Positions 31,664 through 39,443 of a stretch of 64,000 bases of DNA are shown piece by piece. The translations under genes and the position numbers were made by a program. Numbering within the stretch: position 1 is the stretch's first letter; each line of letters begins with the position of its first letter. The DNA is from a virus: positions 3,628 to 67,627 of IMG/VR virus record IMGVR_UViG_3300008050_000039. The stretch is one strand, 5' to 3'. The notes under the pieces were generated by a model. It was not told the DNA's origin. It saw only the letters and a program-made list of their open reading frames with translations, and searched no databases.

Positions 31664-32038
31664 TCAAGATTTTCGCCCCCTGCGTGCTTCGCGCTGTGCG
31701 CGTGTGCGGACTTTGAATCGTGGTTGGTGTTTTTTGGGTTCGGCCTTTGGTTTTGGCTTTGGCTTTGGCTTCGGTGGCGCGTTTTCGCGTGCCTTCTTGC
31801 GTCGGCGGAGGCGTGCTTTCATGTTTCGTATGAGTCGCTTTTCGTTAGCGATTGCGTCGGCTTTGGCTTGCTTGGCTTTGACTTCGTGGGGCATAAGTGG
31901 CATTGTGCCATTCTTGAAGAATGACTTTGTGAAGGCTTTGACTTCATCAAAATTGGTTTGGTCGGTTAGGTCGTCACCCTCGCGAGCCGGCATTGAGCCG
32001 ACCGATTGAGTGGCGATTTTTTGCTTTCGTCGGGCCAT
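31664..32038 (-). CDS. highly basic K/R/P-rich protein
   Basis: MARRKQK...PKPKPKPK...RRGRKS; start placed at internal ATG. Confidence 0.5.
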   Translation of the reverse strand: MARRKQKIATQSVGSMPAREGDDLTDQTNFDEVKAFTKSFFKNGTMPLMPHEVKAKQAKADAIANEKRLIRNMKARLRRRKKARENAPPKPKPKPKPKAEPKKHQPRFKVRTRAQREARRGRKS

Positions 32039-32039
32039 T

Positions 32040-32249
32040 TCAAATTGCCCCCATTGCTGATTCAAGGTCTGTCCAATAGCCACACGCATCACATTCCGCA
32101 CCTATATTATCAAGCCAAAAGAAGGCGTGCCGGCATTTCCGGCATCGTATCTTTTTGTTGCCGCAACCAATTTGTTTCGGTTGCAACTTGATAACATTGC
32201 TTGCGCCCTGTGAAGGGGTTGCAAAGTTTTCGTTTTTTACATCTTTCAT
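32040..32249 (-). CDS. small Zn-ribbon protein with MKDVKN N-terminus
   Basis: CRKC...CDAC; first gene after motif copy 8. Confidence 0.55.
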   Translation of the reverse strand: MKDVKNENFATPSQGASNVIKLQPKQIGCGNKKIRCRKCRHAFFWLDNIGAECDACGYWTDLESAMGAI

Positions 32250-32373
32250 TTTTTCACTTCCATTTTTTTCATTTTTTCATTTTTTCATTTTTTCATTTGG
32301 GGATTCGGCGCTGTTCTTTACTGCCCCTTTCCCACAATTATACATATCTTTACTCCTTTATATACTTACCGGA

Positions 32374-32394
32374 ACGCAGTTAACGGAAGCAAGA
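32374..32394 (-). promoter_or_regulatory. conserved upstream promoter motif copy 8
   Basis: acgcagttaacggaagcaaga then GGTAAG-TATATAAA. Confidence 0.8.
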
Positions 32395-32649
32395 AACGGT
32401 GCCTTTGTGACACCACCACAAACGGATAGGTTCCCTCGCGCGAGGGAAATGTCGCTTTCGCTGAAAACCTATACTGGATTATACCCGCACGCGTGACGCG
32501 CGAGCGCACACATGAGGCGAAAAAACAGGGTTTTGCTTTTTCGTTTTTACACGGATGCAAACAATTTTTATAAAAAACCAAGCATCACACAAGGGGGGGT
32601 CGCATTTTTTCTCCGCGTGGATTTTTGGTTTTTGTTGTTTTTTTTGGTT

Positions 32650-33970
32650 TAAATGGTGGATATAGGAGCGGCCAAAATTAATGGCTTGCAGTCCAACCTT
32701 TCGGCCGTAATTTTCATTTGGTTTCATTTACTCATATCATGAGAGGTATAGTGTGTTAAAACGGCCAAAACGATGGACTGCGTTTGATATTTTTTGGCCG
32801 TTATGTATTGTTATTTTTTCCCTGGTTTTTCTAACAATTGCTGTATCCAGCGTATGTTATTTTTTTGATTATTATTCTAACAGTTATTTTTTAATCGGAT
32901 TTTGTAACTGTTATTTTTTCGTGGATTTTCCTAACATTGTTTTGGCCGTTATGTAGTCTTGGTATCAATTCGCCTATGGTTGTTGTGGTGGTGTTTTGAA
33001 AGCGGCCAAAAGAGGCAACGGGTTTTCATTTTTTTTGGCCGTTTCTCTATGGGCCAATCCCCAAGCCCAAAATCCCTGTTATTTTTTTTCTCTTTTTTCT
33101 AACAGGGCCAAACCCCAAGCCCCACGAAAATTAATTCTTTTTATTGTTTTCGCGATTCACAGAAAGAATTAATCGTATTCAGTCAAGCGGTTTTTTTTAT
33201 TCTTTTATTGTTTCAATAGTATGTAGGTTAGTAACCTATTAACTAAACCATTAATGAAAGAATAAAAGAATAAACCTAATCGTTGTGCTGGTCTGGATTT
33301 ATTCTTTCTGAATTAATTTTGTTGACAAAAAGAATAAACAAAACCAGGAAAATCTCCGCGTGAAAATCTTTTTGTGGTGGTTTTTTTGTTTTTTTCTGTG
33401 CGGTTTTTTGGGGGGTTTTACCCAAATAAAAAAGGGCCAAAAAAACAGGGGCGCAGTCATGCCTTTTGGCCGTAATTTCAAAATGAAGGTGACGACTGAG
33501 GCCACAAACCCCCTGATGGACAAAAACGGCCAAAAGAGGTTTAGTTAATAAGTAAAATAAGCGTTAATTAATAATTAAAACTGCATCTGGGGGCTTAATA
33601 TGCAGATTTTTGGACTTTTGGGGTTTTTTTCAAAAAATGATATTTTTTGGCCGTTATTTTTTGGGGTCAAAATATAACAGAAAATGTTATTATTTGGGGT
33701 CAGATTAATAACAATCGCCGCGATTGGCGGCGGCCGCGCTCCTTAGTTAGCGAGTGAACCGTGGGCTTATAGTCTTTTCGTTGCCTACGCGAATGTTATA
33801 AAAAACGGCCAAAAAATAACAAAAAAACTCACGACTGGCCAGTAAATAGGATTGACAGACAAAAACGGCCAAAACGCTTGACTGGATTCCATAATTTCGG
33901 GCCGTTTCTAAAGGGGCCAAACCCCCAAGCCCTAAACCCCCCAAAAAAAGAGGCGGCGGCCATGACAAAA
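32650..33970. repeat. non-coding array of A-tract-flanked GGCC motifs (AAAACGGCCAAAA), left block
   Basis: More than 15 visible GGCC cores flanked by A/T runs in both orientations, e.g. 32758, 32790, 33522, 33801, 33862. Confidence 0.8.
33131..33338 (+). repeat. 208-bp symmetric element, copy B
   Basis: TTAATTCTTTTT start, AGAAAGAATTAA at +30, CAGTCAAGCG, AAAGAATAAAAGAAT, AAAAAGAATAAA end. Confidence 0.85.
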
Positions 33971-34059
33971 AGGGGCAAAAATCGCCAAAATCCGCACAAC
34001 GACACGATGGGTTCATATCCGATGGCCCCACTTGCTGAAGCAATCATGTAAGCGAAAGC

Positions 34060-34446
34060 ATGAGGGGAGTCAAACGAATAGCGAAAAATATGAAAAATAT
34101 GAATGAAATAAATGGAGCGAAAAATATGAAAAATATGAATGAAATAAATGGAAACATGACAACGAATGACGGCATAAAGGGAGGTGAAAAAATGGATGAT
34201 GAATGGATGATGAAACACGAATACAAGCACATAAGCCTTGAAGGGTTGATTATTGGTAGCATACGACAAGGGGGCTTAGAAGCGGCCTTAGAAGTGATGA
34301 ATAGCCCTAACTATTGGTTAGGTTGCGAACGCGAAATGTGGGCATTGAATATGGGTTCAATATACGATGATGCGCGCGGCGGTTCAATCAATGAAAAGGT
34401 TGGCTTGATGCTACAAACACGACAAACACCACACAATACATGGTGA
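34060..34446 (+). CDS. hypothetical protein (start uncertain; GGAGGTGA RBS favours ATG 34192)
   Basis: ORF track plus RBS. Confidence 0.5.
   Translation: MRGVKRIAKNMKNMNEINGAKNMKNMNEINGNMTTNDGIKGGEKMDDEWMMKHEYKHISLEGLIIGSIRQGGLEAALEVMNSPNYWLGCEREMWALNMGSIYDDARGGSINEKVGLMLQTRQTPHNTW
34081..34152 (+). repeat. 2 x 36-bp perfect tandem repeat (third near-copy at 34576-34616)
   Basis: gcgaaaaatatgaaaaatatgaatgaaataaatgga twice. Confidence 0.9.
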
Positions 34447-34582
34447 AGTGATAATGGCGGGGGTGTCAAAACCCCTGCCTAAATCCCTTAAATGGGCATT
34501 GCGTAACGATGCGTTGATATACTCAACCACCCTCACAGGGTTCAGACCGCAACGAATGGCGGCAAAAAGGAGTTAGAAAAAT

Positions 34583-34861
34583 ATGAAAAATATGAATGAA
34601 ATAAATGGAAACATGAACGGAGAGGTTGAGGGAGGCAACGCGATTGAAGCATACCGACGCAAACATAGAATTGGTAATAACTTGAATAATGTTATCAGCG
34701 TATTGATTGACTTCCATAGTGAATTAGTGGAACAATCATACTTAGGGTATGAAGTGCTTGAGGAAGTAGTTGATGATTTGAAGCGCATCAACCAAGAGCA
34801 AAAAGCATTGAGAGAACAAATCGCGGCGTTACTTCTAAGGCCGCTTGAAACAAGAGGCTGA
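34583..34861 (+). CDS. coiled-coil hypothetical protein
   Basis: Begins in the third repeat copy (MKNMNEINGNM). Confidence 0.55.
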   Translation: MKNMNEINGNMNGEVEGGNAIEAYRRKHRIGNNLNNVISVLIDFHSELVEQSYLGYEVLEEVVDDLKRINQEQKALREQIAALLLRPLETRG

Positions 34862-34866
34862 ATAGA

Positions 34867-35169
34867 ATGCCACGACACGATAATTACAACGGTCGCTTCA
34901 TCATTCAAGACACCGAAGGGGCGACCTTCAAGTGGTCTTGCAGGGGTTGCGACCGATACAGCGAGCAATTAGGTTACAGCGATAAGCGCAACGGCCCTAT
35001 ACAGGCATTCAATGACGCGCATGAACACGCAACAAAGTGCTTGAACCGACTTCGTATTGAACAGGGAACGAATGAATGGCCTACTCATTATTTGGTTAGG
35101 GATTTCATTTCAGACTACATAGACGCAACAGCCCAAACCGTTTGGGTTGATGTTAAACTTTCAAACTGA
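34867..35169 (+). CDS. hypothetical protein with CxxC...H...C Zn site
   Basis: WSCRGC...AHEHATKC; GAGG RBS. Confidence 0.55.
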   Translation: MPRHDNYNGRFIIQDTEGATFKWSCRGCDRYSEQLGYSDKRNGPIQAFNDAHEHATKCLNRLRIEQGTNEWPTHYLVRDFISDYIDATAQTVWVDVKLSN

Positions 35170-35199
35170 ATGAGGTTGTCAATATGTCAAAGAGCATCA

Positions 35200-35323
35200 C
35201 AGGGCGTCACCCCGCTAAAGGTGGCAAAGGGGTTAGTCCAAGTGGCAACCCCGCCCCCTTCGGGGGGCATCCTTCTAAGGGTGCGTTGCGGCCCCTCTAT
35301 GGTCGCTTCGCGTCCTCACCCTG
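35200..35323 (+). ncRNA. candidate multi-hairpin structured RNA
   Basis: Five near-contiguous hairpins including a C(UUCG)G tetraloop, with G-U pairs, enclosed by CAGGG/CCCTG. Confidence 0.45.
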
Positions 35324-35339
35324 CCCTACCTACCGCCGG

Positions 35340-35790
35340 CATTTTTTCGGGCGTCTTGGGGGCTTTTTTCGTCCGGTTTTTTCGTCCGGTTTTTTCTCTT
35401 TTTTCTTCTTTTTTCTTTGGGCCGTTTTTGGGGGTTGGTTTTGTTTTTGAAATCTTTTGGCCGTTTTTTCTTTTGGCCGTTTTCTTTTGGCCGTTGCCGG
35501 CATGAACCCATTGAAGCGAGCATATCACGAAAACGGCCAAAACGCACGACTGAAAGGCTGATTTTCGGGCCGTTTCTAAAACCTGCTAATTTGGCGAAAA
35601 TTGGCACATTTGAAAAGTTGAAAATTAAGGCGAAAACGCACAAAGTCGCGGTCGCGATGTCACGCGAAAACGAAAATAAGCGCGTCAAACGCGACCGATT
35701 TAATAAAAATCCCACCCCGAATAATAATCAAAAAAAGACCCAAAAAAGCGAAACGGAATCGGTCAAATACCTCACAAAAATCGTCAAAAT
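35340..35790. repeat. A-tract/GGCC array, right block
   Basis: ttttggccgtt x3 at 35455-35495, aaaacggccaaaa at 35530, ttcgggccgtttctaaa at 35564. Confidence 0.75.
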
Positions 35791-35884
35791 CGCACATCCC
35801 TCGCGTAGGGGTTGATATACGACCACACAATCGGACAACTACGGAACGAAACACCGACAACCCAAAAATGAGAGGCGAAAAAAA

Positions 35885-36949
35885 ATGAGAGAACATGAAA
35901 ACAGAAGAAAAAGAACGGCCGCCGGTATGGTGGCAAGCATTGTCTTGACAATGTTTGAATTAATCAAGTGTGTCAACTTCGGAAACACCAACCGAAGTTA
36001 TGAGGCATTAGAGGCACGCTTGAATGGGTGCAAAGTCAAAGAAGTGCGAAAAGTTGCAAAGTCCTTGCAAGTATCAACAAAAGGCATACGGTCATTGACT
36101 AAGGCCCAACTAATTGAACGCATCATGAAAGAAAAATACGGATATGACGCAAAGGCTCCCTACTTTCAGACCGGCGACGAGTTGAAAGTTGACTTTCAAA
36201 AATTAGACCCTTCGCTACAACTTGACAACGAGGGGCAATTCATCAAAGCAGACGGAATACTCAACCCGCATGAGCCGACAAATAAAATCAAGTCGCCATA
36301 TCAGCGCGCACCTTCGTATGATTACATGGATGCAAAAACCAAAGCGAAGCACCGAGTAGCGACAAACGAAGCAGGTCAAGCAGTTAGTCGCCGTTATTCG
36401 GCCTCAATCAAAGTCCCACTATTGAACCCTTCAAATGGCACTTTCAAGACATACGCCGACGGCCGAATTAAGTTAGTGCGTCATGAAATGCGCGTGGGCT
36501 ACCTTGACACAAACGACGAAGAGCGATATAGTGGTCGTGTCAAAACCGGCACAAGCAACCGCCGCACCGCTACAATCCTAAGACAGGTTATGATTGAAAA
36601 TAACGAGGGCGCTTATTTGGTGTGGGTTGCAATACTCAAGACCTCAAGTCACTTGATTGATTCAATCACCCTACCAAACTTCGCAAGCGATGAAGAAGTG
36701 ACTCAAGCACTTGATTCAATCAACAAGGCGTGGCAATTCGCCGCACAGGTTGAAGAGGCGTCACGGTATGGCCGATGTGGTGATGAATTAGTATCGTGCG
36801 ACCTTGACCCAACAAAGGCACACAACTGCTTAACTCAAGCCTACGCTAAGCAATCAAACAAGGACTACATCAAGAGTGTTAGGGGCCGTCATTCAATGCT
36901 ACCATACGACCACGCCGTTATGATGCTATATGAGGGGGTGAGTGAATGA
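35885..36949 (+). CDS. hypothetical protein with Rho-N/HeH nucleic-acid-binding motif
   Basis: LNGCKVKEVRKVAKSLQV...LTKAQLIERI. Confidence 0.65.
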   Translation: MREHENRRKRTAAGMVASIVLTMFELIKCVNFGNTNRSYEALEARLNGCKVKEVRKVAKSLQVSTKGIRSLTKAQLIERIMKEKYGYDAKAPYFQTGDELKVDFQKLDPSLQLDNEGQFIKADGILNPHEPTNKIKSPYQRAPSYDYMDAKTKAKHRVATNEAGQAVSRRYSASIKVPLLNPSNGTFKTYADGRIKLVRHEMRVGYLDTNDEERYSGRVKTGTSNRRTATILRQVMIENNEGAYLVWVAILKTSSHLIDSITLPNFASDEEVTQALDSINKAWQFAAQVEEASRYGRCGDELVSCDLDPTKAHNCLTQAYAKQSNKDYIKSVRGRHSMLPYDHAVMMLYEGVSE

Positions 36950-37539
36950 AGAAGCCATGCCGCTTCAAGAAGTGCAAGGGAGTTATTCACCGCGGCTCAT
37001 GCCCCGTTAGGGTGGCATTGGGTCGCAAGGGTGGCAATGTGAAAACCGCCACTCTATCACCGGCCCAACTCAAGCAACGCAAGCAAGCAAGCAAGCAAGC
37101 ACGCACACCATCAGCAAGCCGAAATAAACTCAACAGCGAGCGCATGAAAGCAAAGCAGGCAGCAAGCAAGAAGGCCGGCCTTTGTCTATACTGTCACACA
37201 GCCCATGAAGGAATATGCCCCCTTGCATCAAGGGGCGGTCATAATTCAATCACCGTCCGCACTATCAAAGAAGCGCGAAAAACAATCAAGCGCCGGACTG
37301 CTCTCAAGAATCGCAAAGAAATGGAGCGCCGCGCCGCGATTCAATTTAGGCCACTTCTAACACTTGACGCAATTCCATCAAGTTGGGTGTTTGTTTGCAT
37401 CCGTTGCAACGCATCACAGAAAACCGGCACTATGTCGGTTGCATTTGCTGATGATGTGGGATTCGGACTTTGCAAGACTTGCGATAATCAAATCGTTGAG
37501 AATATCTCGTTTGGCATTGACTCCAGGATTGACGGCTAA
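36946..37539 (+). CDS. basic protein with repeated C-x-C-x-H-x-G-x-CP-x-(K/R)GG units and C-terminal Zn finger
   Basis: CRFKKCKGVIHRGSCP..GRKGG and CLYCHTAHEGICP..SRGG; CIRC...CKTC. Confidence 0.6.
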   Translation: MKKPCRFKKCKGVIHRGSCPVRVALGRKGGNVKTATLSPAQLKQRKQASKQARTPSASRNKLNSERMKAKQAASKKAGLCLYCHTAHEGICPLASRGGHNSITVRTIKEARKTIKRRTALKNRKEMERRAAIQFRPLLTLDAIPSSWVFVCIRCNASQKTGTMSVAFADDVGFGLCKTCDNQIVENISFGIDSRIDG

Positions 37540-37547
37540 AATTGCCC

Positions 37548-37574
37548 CCTATGGCCCCGTAAAGGGGCCATAGG
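37548..37574. terminator. 11-bp GC-rich hairpin between convergent transcription units
   Basis: cctatggcccc-gtaaa-ggggccatagg, 9 bp after stop 37539. Confidence 0.55.
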
Positions 37575-37890
37575 TGGCTCTTAATCTGAATTAGGTTCAT
37601 ACCTACTACTACGGGGGTGAAATGGCTTAGAATGGCTTAGAATGGCCTTGCGTGGTCTTTGTGGTTTTTTGGTGGTTTTTCGCGCATGGTTTGAGGTTTG
37701 ACCTTGAAGGACGCCAAAACCCAAAAAAACCGAGGACTCATATAGAGCCAACCACCACGCGCAATTTTTTACAATTTTTTTTTACAATTTTTTTTTTGCG
37801 ATTTTTTTATAAGGGTTCATGGGTTCGGGTTAATTGGTTGCGGGGATAGTCGGTATCTTTCCCCCCTTTCGCCGGTTCCCCCGCGACCAC

Positions 37891-39435
37891 CTATTCCCAA
37901 AGGTTTTTACTTTTCCTGGTGTTTATGACTTTGCCGCCGACGCCGCTTGCGTTATTTCGGTTTGGTGTTTGTCTTTTTTTGTTTTTTCCGTTTGTCCATT
38001 CTCCGGTTTTCATTGATTTCATTACAACGGGAACGCCGATTTCTGGTATTTGAAATTGGTCTATTGCGTGTGCGAATGCCATGACACAATCATTGTGTTT
38101 TCCCAAATCCACGATAAGGCCGTCACGCCACGCATGGCTCTCAAACTCTTCAAGTAGTATGCCGGTTATTTTACGGGTATCATCCGAGCCGAAGGGGAAT
38201 ATGACCCGTTCCTGTTCAAACCAAACTCGCAACCGATTCAGTAGTCCCTGTTTCAAGGTGCGGTTGCTGACCTTACTCTTTCGGTAATCTGGAACTGCCC
38301 CCTTCTGTCGTAATAGGTTCTCATACATCTGTTGGAACCCAACATCTTCTGCCGCAAAGGGTGGATTACCATATCGTTTCAACCAATCCACGACAACATC
38401 AGCCTGTTTGTCCGGTGGGAAATCGTTGCGCCTCCACATATTCACAAAATGAATATCCCCATCATCATCCTGTCTAAGCACGACCATAACGCTGTAATCC
38501 TGTCCTAATCCGTGTGCGGGGTCAAACCCGATTGAATAGCGGCCTTGTGGATAGTCTTTGCCCCATTCAAGCACCGAATCCATATCAAGGTGTTTTCGTG
38601 TCAAGGCTCGCGGGAATACAGCCGCCTCATCATCCACGACACGACATAGAAACTCTTGAATGAAGGATAAGTCGCCCATAGCGGATTTCTGTTCCAATAG
38701 ATAATCTATGTTTCGGTATTCCGGCCATAACTCTATCGGATTTACGCCGTCGGGGTCTGACCGCCATTCATCCCAATTTCCAATAGCCGACCAAGTGCCG
38801 GTTTTCCACGCATCGTTGTTCAGCATTTCGGTATGGTAAAGGTCTGTCATGGACATAGGGGTTCCAATGACATAAAACCATGTTCCAGGGTCAAGCATTG
38901 GTGTAACTTTTTTCTGAAACCAATGGCGGAGGTTTTTCATAGATATATCGCCCATATCATCTAACACATCGTCAAAGGCCACGCAAGCGGGATGCTCGCC
39001 ACGAATTGCACTACCAACCGATGTAGCACGAATCCAAGACCCATTAGTAAAATACAATTCTAATTTATTTCCCCGCGTGCGGTCAAGGTATCTGGATAGT
39101 TGTGGGTGCTGTTTAATATCCTCCCTAATTTCCTCAAGCCTCCTTGAAGCCGTGTCCTTGCTTGCGGAGAACAACCAAACGGAAAAGGGTTTTTTATTAT
39201 GTCGGTCAAACAGGCAATGGTGGAGTAACTTCACACGAAGAGTAGTGGATTTTGAGTGGCCTCTTGGGGCAATCAGACAAACACGGTGAACTTGCGCTCC
39301 CTGTCTATCGCTATACATTTCCATCCATTCGCCAATATGGGTTCCCCAAGTATAACCAAGCCACCGATAGAAAAACTTAACATCGTTTTTAGCCCGTTCC
39401 ATGCTAAATTGTGTTTTTATTTCCACTATTGCCAC
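37891..39435 (-). CDS. terL: terminase large subunit
   Basis: APRGHSKST Walker A, IRGEH..FDD Walker B, GTP coupling motif, GFDPA...DYS and HNDCVMA RNase H nuclease. Confidence 0.95.
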   Translation of the reverse strand: MAIVEIKTQFSMERAKNDVKFFYRWLGYTWGTHIGEWMEMYSDRQGAQVHRVCLIAPRGHSKSTTLRVKLLHHCLFDRHNKKPFSVWLFSASKDTASRRLEEIREDIKQHPQLSRYLDRTRGNKLELYFTNGSWIRATSVGSAIRGEHPACVAFDDVLDDMGDISMKNLRHWFQKKVTPMLDPGTWFYVIGTPMSMTDLYHTEMLNNDAWKTGTWSAIGNWDEWRSDPDGVNPIELWPEYRNIDYLLEQKSAMGDLSFIQEFLCRVVDDEAAVFPRALTRKHLDMDSVLEWGKDYPQGRYSIGFDPAHGLGQDYSVMVVLRQDDDGDIHFVNMWRRNDFPPDKQADVVVDWLKRYGNPPFAAEDVGFQQMYENLLRQKGAVPDYRKSKVSNRTLKQGLLNRLRVWFEQERVIFPFGSDDTRKITGILLEEFESHAWRDGLIVDLGKHNDCVMAFAHAIDQFQIPEIGVPVVMKSMKTGEWTNGKNKKRQTPNRNNASGVGGKVINTRKSKNLWE

Positions 39436-39443
39436 CCTATATA

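Noticed and set aside
11093-32394. Eight-copy repeat as a CRISPR array or integron attC sites
   Set aside because: Intervals are kilobases of genes, there is no attC hairpin or integrase, and fixed spacing to TATA explains it as a promoter element
34081-34152. 36-bp repeat as a mini-CRISPR
   Set aside because: Copies are directly adjacent with no spacer
32155-34270. F/K-rich ORFs on both strands
   Set aside because: Translations of A/T tracts in the GGCC array; no RBS or protein-like composition
35200-35323. tRNA gene
   Set aside because: No T-loop GTTCRA, D-loop or 7-bp acceptor geometry; no tRNA recognised elsewhere in the window
35170-35896. Overlapping ORFs across the hairpin cluster and right array
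   Set aside because: Low-complexity products in several frames; better explained as non-coding
1475-39435. Inteins or introns in PolB, RFC, MCM or TerL
   Set aside because: Normal or short lengths with contiguous motifs; no intein C-terminal HN-(C/S/T) junction with matching insertion
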